Assembly (NCBI GenBank): GCA_022768285.1
Contig: JALEMJ010000017.1
Coordinates: forward strand, 36,964 to 60,963
Direction of reading: 5' to 3'
Length of the DNA stretch: 24,000 nt
From: Aerococcus sp.
GTDB taxonomy: Bacteria; Bacillota; Bacilli; Lactobacillales; Aerococcaceae
Made by a program: the position numbers and the translations under genes
Shown here: one piece after another, positions 8,040 to 14,896 of the stretch
How positions within the stretch are numbered: the stretch's first letter is position 1
Layout: each line of letters begins with the position of its first letter
The notes under the pieces: model-generated
Told to the model about the DNA's origin: nothing
Database searches by the model: none
What the model saw: the letters and a program-made list of their open reading frames with translations, nothing else

Positions 8040-8705
8040 TTAACCCTTTTTCTCGCGATGTTTACGCAACTCTTCTTCGGGATCATAGTGATAATTTGGA
8101 TTCAAATTATTATCCAAGCGATCAAAGGCGTCCGCCATTTGCGCATTAATTTCACGATTGTCTTCATGCGTTAACCGTTTTTTATCTGGTAAATAGATAG
8201 GTGCGCCGATTGCCAACTTCACACGATGTGAAAACTTCCTTGAAAACAAGCCTTTGACGGTTAACGGTCCTTGATAGACAACTGGTAAAATTGGCACCCG
8301 ACCGAGTCGTGCTAGTGTCACAGCACCGTCCTTAATCTCTGAAGAAAAACGCGAGCCAGTAGGAAAAATTCCGATATCATTTTGTCCGTTCTTCAATTCT
8401 TTGACCATCTGTTTCATCAATTTTCGATCGGGATGTTCTCGATCTACCAGGAAAACACCTGCCCCATCTTCTAACAAAAATTTAAAGAGCTTATTGGATG
8501 CTAACTCTTGCTTCGCTAAGAACTGTACATTTGGATTCCTAAAATTAATACCAATCATTATTGGATCTAACCATGTGCGGTGAGGTGCCACAACAACATA
8601 CTTCTGATTGGGATCATAATGCGCATCAACCTGTTTAATCATTTTGCCATTAAAAATCCGCAATGCGTTTCTAATTAAAAAAACTAGAAAAACATATAGC
8701 CACAT
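8040..8705 (-). CDS. Lysophospholipid acyltransferase family protein (PlsC-like 1-acyl-sn-glycerol-3-phosphate acyltransferase)
   Basis: 221 aa with an N-terminal TM helix. It has the HX4D motif (APHRTWLD), FLVDRE, IFPTGSR (the FPEGTR-type motif) and VPILPVV. A GGGAGGAG SD lies upstream. Confidence 0.85.
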   Translation of the reverse strand: MWLYVFLVFLIRNALRIFNGKMIKQVDAHYDPNQKYVVVAPHRTWLDPIMIGINFRNPNVQFLAKQELASNKLFKFLLEDGAGVFLVDREHPDRKLMKQMVKELKNGQNDIGIFPTGSRFSSEIKDGAVTLARLGRVPILPVVYQGPLTVKGLFSRKFSHRVKLAIGAPIYLPDKKRLTHEDNREINAQMADAFDRLDNNLNPNYHYDPEEELRKHREKKG

Positions 8706-8735
8706 CGTGCTATACTCCTCCCTTCACCTTCACAC

Positions 8736-10514
8736 TTAACGTGAGAAGGATTGCAATTGATACATCGTCCGATAATACCCATTCTGTGCGAGTAACTCAT
8801 CATGTGTCCCCGATTCAATAATTCGTCCGTGCTTCAGTACATAGATTCTATCGGCATCTTTAATCGTTGACAACCGGTGCGCAATCATAATGGTCGTGCG
8901 ACCACGACGCAAATTTTCGAGACCAGATTGAATGCGCTGTTCGGTTTCCGTATCAATATTTGCGGTTGCCTCATCAAGAATCAAAATTTTAGGTTCACGG
9001 AGAATCGTTCTTGAAAAACTAATCAATTGTTTTTCTCCGGTAGAAAAGGCTTTACCGCCTTCGATAACTTTTGAATCATAGCCATCATCTAAGCTACAAA
9101 TAAACTGATCGGCATGCGCAAAACGTGCTGCCGCATCAATTTGATTCATCGGATAGTTGCCATGTAGGCGAATATTGTCAGCGATATTCCCATAAAACAT
9201 GAAACTATCTTGCAATACTAAACCGATGTTTTTTCGGATATCTTGCATCGAAATATCTCGAATATCCTGATCATCAATCTTAACATCACCCGAATGATAT
9301 TCATAAAAGCGCATGAGTACATTGATAATTGAACTTTTTCCTGAGCCAGTCTGCCCCACAAAGGCAATGGTTTCACTAGGATTAGCAGTGATATTAATAT
9401 CATGCAATACGTCATTCTCGCCATCATAAGAAAAGTTCAAATGACGAATTTCAACTTTACCGTCCGTGATCTTACCTACAGCGTTAGGATTGGACTCTGG
9501 AGCATGGACGTCTTCTCTTGTCATTAAATTACGAACACGCGAACCCGAGACTAAGCCGTCCTGGTAAATACTCAAACTATCGAGCATCGCGCCGATTGGT
9601 GCAAAGAACGATTTTGAGTAAGAGACGAACGCATAGAGAATACCGACATCCCAAGCTGTATTAGATAATACTTGCACACCGAAGTGATGAAGCACAACCG
9701 TCAAGGCCACAGTTTCCAAAAAATTTACTGCTGGCTGTAATAATAAGGCGTTCATCGCGAACATACGTTTACGCCACTTCACGTATTCCTGATTCACATC
9801 GTCAAACTCTTCAGCCATGCGCTTTTCTTGGCCAAATTGCTGAATAATCCCCATTCCGGAAATACTTTCACTCAGCTTTGCATTTAGGCCACTCAAGGCT
9901 TCGCGCATGCGACTGTAAACGATGGTACTCCACTTCTGATAGATATACACCAAAAGTAACACAATTGGCATGAATGCGATAAATATCCAAGCCATTGACG
10001 CATTCAATGAAAACATAGCGATTGCAATAGCTACCACATTTCCGACGTTTTCTACAACAACGAGGAATACTTGCCAAAAATCAACGATGGTTTCTGTATC
10101 ATTCGTGACTCGAGAGACCACCGTTCCGTTTGGCTCCTGATCGAAATAGCGCATCCCAAAATGAATCAAGCGATCGTAGAGGTCTTGACGCAAACTAGCC
10201 ACAGATTTCTGACTTGCTAATAAAAAGAGATAGTCCTTGTAGTACATAACCACGCTATCAATGGTCATAAGTATAAAATAAGCAACAACCGTCCAAAACG
10301 TTGTCTGTACTGTGACATTTCCCGTAGCAAGTTCACCATCGATGTAATTCTTAATGATGACCGGCAAATAAGCAACGATCCCTGCATTAACTAACGTAAA
10401 GACCAAGGAAACAGCAAATTTTAGCCATTCCGGTTTCGCATAGGAAAATAGAAACTTCAGAATTTGATTCTGTTCAGAAAAGGAGAACTTCATTAATCGT
10501 GATGATTTTTTCAT
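8736..10514 (-). CDS. ABC exporter half-transporter (TMD-NBD), subunit with a canonical Walker B and a deviant signature motif
   Basis: 592 aa. Walker A is GQTGSGKSS. The signature reads FSTGEKQ instead of LSGGQ. Walker B is ILILDEAT and the H-loop is IAHRLST. The start overlaps the upstream partner by 4 nt (ATGA). Confidence 0.9.
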   Translation of the reverse strand: MKKSSRLMKFSFSEQNQILKFLFSYAKPEWLKFAVSLVFTLVNAGIVAYLPVIIKNYIDGELATGNVTVQTTFWTVVAYFILMTIDSVVMYYKDYLFLLASQKSVASLRQDLYDRLIHFGMRYFDQEPNGTVVSRVTNDTETIVDFWQVFLVVVENVGNVVAIAIAMFSLNASMAWIFIAFMPIVLLLVYIYQKWSTIVYSRMREALSGLNAKLSESISGMGIIQQFGQEKRMAEEFDDVNQEYVKWRKRMFAMNALLLQPAVNFLETVALTVVLHHFGVQVLSNTAWDVGILYAFVSYSKSFFAPIGAMLDSLSIYQDGLVSGSRVRNLMTREDVHAPESNPNAVGKITDGKVEIRHLNFSYDGENDVLHDINITANPSETIAFVGQTGSGKSSIINVLMRFYEYHSGDVKIDDQDIRDISMQDIRKNIGLVLQDSFMFYGNIADNIRLHGNYPMNQIDAAARFAHADQFICSLDDGYDSKVIEGGKAFSTGEKQLISFSRTILREPKILILDEATANIDTETEQRIQSGLENLRRGRTTIMIAHRLSTIKDADRIYVLKHGRIIESGTHDELLAQNGYYRTMYQLQSFSR

Positions 10515-12271
10515 GATTCTTCCGCCTCCCCTTGCATTTCTTGTTCAAGTTGTTGTTGTTGGAACATATCGTGATACCAACCATCATTCCGCGTGAGTAT
10601 CTCGTGCGTGCCGCGTTCAACAATCCGACCGTTATCGACAACGATAATTTCATCTGCATGCATAATCGAGCTTAATCGGTGAGCAGCGATAATCGTTGTA
10701 CGGTTTTGGCGGAGTCGTTTGAGATTAGCTAAGATTTCTGATTCAGTCTTCGCATCAACAGCAGATAGCGAATCGTCTAAGATCAGAATTTCGGGATCTA
10801 ACGCGAGCGCACGTGCTAAAGCAATACGTTGCTTTTGACCACCGGAGAGAGAAACACCGCGTTCTCCCATTTTAGTGTCATAACCTTCAGGAAAGTTTAT
10901 AATATCTTCGTCGATATCAGCCATCTCTGCATAGCGACGCACATCGTCATCGCTGAGCTCAGGACGCCCAAAGCGAATATTTTCGCGAATAGTCGTCGAG
11001 AAGAGAAAATTATCCTGTGGTACGTAACCAATAGATTGTGACAAGCTATCACTGGCATAATCCCTTAAATCGGTACTACCATAAGCGATTTTGCCCCGAT
11101 AGTTATCGTATTCGTGCATCAATAATTTAAAGATCGTACTCTTTCCAGAACCTGTACGTCCTGCGATTCCGAGCGTTTTTCCTGCTTCCAGTTGGAAATG
11201 CACATCAGAAAGATCTTGTTCATCACCATCCGGATACTGAAACGCATCAACATCAAAGGTGATATTCCCTTCAAGGCGCTTAAATACGGGATGATCAGGT
11301 TGTTTAATGTGCGAGACCTCATCGAGCAATTCAGAAATACGATCATAGGATGCATTTCCACGCTGCAATGTATTCACTAAACGGCCTAGCGCAATAAATG
11401 GCCACTGCATCATTCCTAAATAACTAAAGAATGAAATCAATTGTCCAATAGTAATTTCATTGCCGACAATGAGATATGTACCAAAAATAATCGCAATACA
11501 ATATGTCAACCCCATGATCCATTTAATAATTGGTAAATTAATTGAATCTACTTTGTAAGCCTGTCTATTTGCTTCTACAACCTGTTCTGTTTCACGCTGA
11601 AAATCTTGATTATCGTCATCTTCCTCACCGAAGGATTTAATGACCTTAATCCCACCGATACTCTCTTGCACATGATTGTTCATGTTAGAGAAGGCGGCAA
11701 GCGCATGACTGTAGCGGCGATTGACAATTTTACCCAAAGCTTGCGTAATCACGATCAATAGCGGCAGCGGCAAAATTGTCAGTAGCGTTAATCGCCAATC
11801 AATCAGTAAAATCATACTGACTAAAGTCACACCGCCCTGGGAGAACGTATCCGCAATAGAGATAATTCCCCCACCAGCCACAAATTTTAAGGCGTTTAAA
11901 TCATTTGTCGCATGAGCCATCAGATCACCCGTACGATATTTGTGATAGAATTGACTATCCATTTTTGTAAAGTGATCGAACAAGCGATTTCTTAAAATCG
12001 ATTCGAGTAAGGTTGAATTACCAAAAATCGCATTACGCCAAACATATCTCAGTATATACATTGCGATAGCTAAGCCGACAATTGCCAGTGTTTCAAATAG
12101 CAACAATTGATAAGTAAGTGAACCACCGATAACTTGGTCCGTCACCTGACCAACGATATAAGGCACTGCAGCATTGCAAATCGCTGTGATAAATAAACAG
12201 AGCACGGCAATACCATAACTTTTCCAGCGCATTTTGAAAAACCACGAAAGCTTTTTTAAAATATCAAACAT
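10511..12271 (-). CDS. ABC exporter half-transporter (TMD-NBD), subunit lacking the catalytic Walker B glutamate
   Basis: 586 aa. Walker A is GRTGSGKST and the signature LSGGQKQR is canonical. Walker B is ILILDDSLS, with D-S where D-E is expected. The H-loop is AAHRLSS. An AAAGGAAG SD lies upstream. Confidence 0.9.
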   Translation of the reverse strand: MFDILKKLSWFFKMRWKSYGIAVLCLFITAICNAAVPYIVGQVTDQVIGGSLTYQLLLFETLAIVGLAIAMYILRYVWRNAIFGNSTLLESILRNRLFDHFTKMDSQFYHKYRTGDLMAHATNDLNALKFVAGGGIISIADTFSQGGVTLVSMILLIDWRLTLLTILPLPLLIVITQALGKIVNRRYSHALAAFSNMNNHVQESIGGIKVIKSFGEEDDDNQDFQRETEQVVEANRQAYKVDSINLPIIKWIMGLTYCIAIIFGTYLIVGNEITIGQLISFFSYLGMMQWPFIALGRLVNTLQRGNASYDRISELLDEVSHIKQPDHPVFKRLEGNITFDVDAFQYPDGDEQDLSDVHFQLEAGKTLGIAGRTGSGKSTIFKLLMHEYDNYRGKIAYGSTDLRDYASDSLSQSIGYVPQDNFLFSTTIRENIRFGRPELSDDDVRRYAEMADIDEDIINFPEGYDTKMGERGVSLSGGQKQRIALARALALDPEILILDDSLSAVDAKTESEILANLKRLRQNRTTIIAAHRLSSIMHADEIIVVDNGRIVERGTHEILTRNDGWYHDMFQQQQLEQEMQGEAEES

Positions 12272-12299
12272 AATGGTCTTCCTTTCACAATTAGAGAAT

Positions 12300-12330
12300 A
12301 AAAAGAAAAGACCGGTATAACTACCAGCCT
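12300..12330 (-). terminator. Intrinsic terminator after yneF (minus strand only)
   Basis: The minus-strand RNA reads AGGCUGGUA-guua-UACCGGUCU followed by UUUCUUUUU. Two G-U pairs become A-C mismatches on the other strand, so the hairpin is unidirectional. Confidence 0.65.
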
Positions 12331-12343
12331 TAAACTAAAGACT

Positions 12344-12565
12344 CTATTTTTTATTAACCATCTTCATAGAATGAACAATTTGTTGGACTTTCTTTTCAGA
12401 AGGTTTTTGCCCCATTTGAGCCATCATTACACGAATCATTTCTGGTGAAATTGGTGGATTCTCTTGGAAGTAGTTCATAATGTATTTACGAGCAATGAAG
12501 AATCCTAAAATCATACCAACGATCAGCGCGATAATCACAACAAAAATCCATGCTGCTGTTGTCAT
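12344..12565 (-). CDS. yneF: UPF0154 (YneF family) small membrane protein
   Basis: 73 aa with a single N-terminal TM helix followed by ARKYIMNYFQENPPI..EMIR.MM.QMGQKPSEKK, the typical YneF pattern. A GAGGAGGA SD lies upstream. Confidence 0.8.
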   Translation of the reverse strand: MTTAAWIFVVIIALIVGMILGFFIARKYIMNYFQENPPISPEMIRVMMAQMGQKPSEKKVQQIVHSMKMVNKK

Positions 12566-12607
12566 CTATCTATATCCTCCTCTACTGTTTACAGATTGTC
12601 AACGTTC

Positions 12608-12636
12608 ATAATACTAGAAAAATAACTATTTAACAA
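12608..12636 (-). promoter_or_regulatory. Putative sigma-A promoter of yneF
   Basis: The minus strand reads TTGTTA (12636-12631), a 17-nt spacer, then TATTAT (12613-12608). It begins 5 nt after the rluD stop. Confidence 0.5.
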
Positions 12637-12640
12637 TCAC

Positions 12641-13597
12641 TTAGTCTGTCTCATTCGTCCACAGCGGGTGCAATTGTGCAATCACATTCTGAAAAGTTGC
12701 GGGTAACGTGCTCTCGATCATTAACGGCTGATGTGTCACCGGGTGATTAAATGCCAAGCGTTGCGCATATAGTAATTGCCCTTTGTCAGTGAAAAAACGC
12801 GGACGATATTCCGTTGCGTACACCGGATCGTCACAAATTGGGTGATTGATATAACGCATATGTACACGAATCTGATGCGTGCGCCCTGTTTCTAGTCGAA
12901 AAGCAACCAGTGATAGTCCTTCTTCATATTGCTGAAGCACCTTAAAATGTGTGATCGCTGGCTTACCCGTTGAAATCGCTGTAAATCGCAAGCGCTGTTT
13001 AGGATCTCTACCAATCGGCGCGTCAATCGTTCCGCTTTTTTCCGAAAACGCGCCATAAACTAAACCTAAATATGTCCGTTGAATATCATGCACCTGAAAT
13101 TGTTCAAACAATGTCTGATAAGCTTGTGGCGACTTAGCGACTATCATTAGACCGCCTGTATCTTTATCAAGTCGATGGACGATACCAGGCCGAAACGTTT
13201 CATCGCCAACAGGTAAGTCAAAATGATGGTCCTCAGCATACCCGAGTAAATCGTTGACAAGCGTTACCCCTTCATTCTGTGATGTTGGATGAACAACTTG
13301 CCCCTGAGGCTTATTGACTACCATAAGGTCATCATCCTCGTATTTAATATCCAACGGGGAATGTGTCACTAATAGTTTTTTGCCCGCCACCTCAGGCTCA
13401 TCCGTTATGAATGTAATTTCATCACCAACATTAACTAGCGCACTCGGCTTGACGGTGTGGTCATTCACCCGCACTTGTCCTGTTTTGATCGCCTTTGTTA
13501 TGCGACTGCGACTCAAATCAGCCCAGATTTCCGATAAATATCGATCGATGCGCTGAGCGGTTTCAACTTCCACTTTATGCGTCCGTTGTTGTGTCAT
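12641..13597 (-). CDS. rluD: 23S rRNA pseudouridine synthase, RluD subfamily (S4 domain plus RluA catalytic core)
   Basis: The catalytic motif is HRLDKDTGGLM, with the family motifs RTHQIRVH and an N-terminal S4-like RIDRYL. The ORF track begins at GTG 13600. The adjacent ATG at 13597 has better spacing to GGAG and overlaps the lspA stop by 1 nt (TGATG). Confidence 0.9.
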   Translation of the reverse strand: MTQQRTHKVEVETAQRIDRYLSEIWADLSRSRITKAIKTGQVRVNDHTVKPSALVNVGDEITFITDEPEVAGKKLLVTHSPLDIKYEDDDLMVVNKPQGQVVHPTSQNEGVTLVNDLLGYAEDHHFDLPVGDETFRPGIVHRLDKDTGGLMIVAKSPQAYQTLFEQFQVHDIQRTYLGLVYGAFSEKSGTIDAPIGRDPKQRLRFTAISTGKPAITHFKVLQQYEEGLSLVAFRLETGRTHQIRVHMRYINHPICDDPVYATEYRPRFFTDKGQLLYAQRLAFNHPVTHQPLMIESTLPATFQNVIAQLHPLWTNETD

Positions 13598-14052
13598 CAC
13601 TTTACTCCATCATCTTGGCCTAGGATGATATAACCAATTAGTAAAATCACACCGCATGTGATGGCAGTATCTGCGACATTGAAAATCGGAAAATTAATAA
13701 AATCCAATCTAAACATGTCCACCACGTAATTTAGACGTAAACGATCAATGAAGTTACCGATTGCACCGGCAATGATCAGTGAGAAGCTCAAAGAATACCA
13801 CACATTGATCTGGGACTGCGTATGCAACATCCACAATAAGCAGCCAACTACAATAAATGTGACGATAAAGAAGAACCACATCTTCCCTTCAAAAATACCC
13901 CACGCTGCACCACTATTTTGAATATGAAATAGTGAGACAATGCCTGGAATTAAAGGCTGCGTGCCACCAATTGGGAGATAGCGCACAGTTAACCACTTTA
14001 CTAATTGATCCAAACCGACCATTAATGCCATGACGACATAATATACCCACAT
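13597..14052 (-). CDS. lspA: Lipoprotein signal peptidase (signal peptidase II)
   Basis: 151 aa with four TM segments. The conserved motifs are LDQLVKW, NSGAAWG, GNFIDR and FNVADTAI, which include the catalytic Asp residues. The lspA-rluD pairing is conserved in Firmicutes. Confidence 0.93.
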   Translation of the reverse strand: MWVYYVVMALMVGLDQLVKWLTVRYLPIGGTQPLIPGIVSLFHIQNSGAAWGIFEGKMWFFFIVTFIVVGCLLWMLHTQSQINVWYSLSFSLIIAGAIGNFIDRLRLNYVVDMFRLDFINFPIFNVADTAITCGVILLIGYIILGQDDGVK

Positions 14053-14058
14053 GAAAAG

Positions 14059-14679
14059 TTATGCCTCCTTTGCGCCAGCCTTCGCTAGACGATCTGCATA
14101 TTCATTATAATATACGCCTCGATGCGCCGGAACTTTAACGAACGAAATGCTAATATGTGTCGTCGCTTGTTGCATATACTCATGATAGGATTGCGTATAT
14201 GAATTATTACGTCGCCATTCACCTAATGCCCAACTTCTAATTCCTTTATAATCATAAAAGAGCGTAATTTTAGTCATGTTATTCTGGATTGCATCCCGAA
14301 CCGCACGCATAGCCGCTGACATTTCGCCCGCAACATTTCGCAATGCGACTAACTCTAGGTCTTTGCTGCCGCCGTTAAATGTTCGTACCTCAGAAGGATA
14401 AATTAGAATACCACCATAGCCATAAGCCTGACGGTCCGTTAAGAAGCTCCCATCAATAAATGCCCAGCATTCCCCTTGTGGTGGCATTTCACCCTTGTCA
14501 GGGATTTTAGCCCCCGCATTGCCGTTCTGAAGATACTGTTCAGCTTCATCACGTGTCTTAAAAGACTTGTATTCCGCTTCCGGATAATGCATGATCTGTT
14601 TCTGACAGTCGGCCCATGTCTGATAAATCCCTGGTTTGCGTCCAATTCTAACGGCGTAAAACTTTTGTTTTGCTCCCAT
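14059..14679 (-). CDS. Type 1 ribonuclease H with an N-terminal hybrid-binding (RNase H1 N-terminal/caulimovirus viroplasmin-like) domain
   Basis: 206 aa. The N-terminus FYAVRIGRKPGIYQTWADCQKQI..YP.AEYKSFKTRDEAEQYL matches the HBD consensus. The C-terminal half has DEDD candidates (FIDGS, AGEMSA, LFYDYKG, EYADRLAK). An AGGGAGA SD lies 7 nt before the ATG. Confidence 0.8.
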   Translation of the reverse strand: MGAKQKFYAVRIGRKPGIYQTWADCQKQIMHYPEAEYKSFKTRDEAEQYLQNGNAGAKIPDKGEMPPQGECWAFIDGSFLTDRQAYGYGGILIYPSEVRTFNGGSKDLELVALRNVAGEMSAAMRAVRDAIQNNMTKITLFYDYKGIRSWALGEWRRNNSYTQSYHEYMQQATTHISISFVKVPAHRGVYYNEYADRLAKAGAKEA

Positions 14680-14695
14680 GCATGCATCTCCCTAC

Positions 14696-14721
14696 AAAAA
14701 AAAGCTGTGCAATTCACAGCT
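14696..14721 (-). terminator. Intrinsic terminator after tRNA-Gly
   Basis: The minus strand reads AGCTGTG-aattg-CACAGCT followed by eight T. The T-tract ends 2 nt before the AGGGAGA SD of the RNase H gene. Confidence 0.8.
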
Positions 14722-14740
14722 CTTTCTCATCATTATACTA

Positions 14741-14811
14741 AGCGGGTAACGAGAATCGAACTCGCGACGACAGCTTGGGAAGCTGTAGTTTTACCACTAA
14801 ACTATACCCGC
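14741..14811 (-). tRNA. tRNA-Gly, anticodon CCC, with no encoded 3' CCA
   Basis: The reverse strand reads GCGGGTATAGTTTAGTGGTAAAACTACAGCTTCCCAAGCTGTCGTCGCGAGTTCGATTCTCGTTACCCGCT. It folds by eye into a 7/4/5/5-bp cloverleaf. The anticodon loop is TT-CCC-AA, the D-loop GG and GTTCGAWTC T-loop are present, and the discriminator is T. The next bases are TAG, not CCA. Confidence 0.9.
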
Positions 14812-14828
14812 AATCAACAACAGAGACT

Positions 14829-14837
14829 ATTATAGCA
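14829..14837 (-). promoter_or_regulatory. Extended -10 element (TGcTATAAT) of a dedicated tRNA-Gly promoter
   Basis: The minus strand reads TGCTATAAT, ending 17 nt upstream of the tRNA 5' end. The -35 region is weak (TAGCAT at 17-nt spacing). Confidence 0.5.
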
Positions 14838-14896
14838 CTGTTCCTTACGAAATGCTATACCCTGTTGTTAAATTTTTCTATCTAAAGAACATTCTC

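Noticed and set aside
14059-14811. The tRNA gene as an integration hotspot, implying a genomic island downstream of tRNA-Gly
   Set aside because: No integrase, direct repeat of the tRNA 3' end or foreign-looking gene is present. The flanks are addA on one side and rnh-lspA-rluD on the other, all core functions.
14741-14811. tRNA-Gly as a non-proteinogenic cell-wall tRNA (staphylococcal interpeptide-bridge type)
   Set aside because: The D-loop GG and the GTTCGATTC T-loop are canonical. The staphylococcal cell-wall isoacceptors deviate at these elements. There are no fem-type genes nearby.
14439-14835. A 92-aa minus-strand ORF and a 119-aa plus-strand ORF covering the RNase H start, the terminator and the tRNA
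   Set aside because: They run through a tRNA gene and an intrinsic terminator and overlap the RNase H gene out of frame. These structured-RNA features explain the DNA better.
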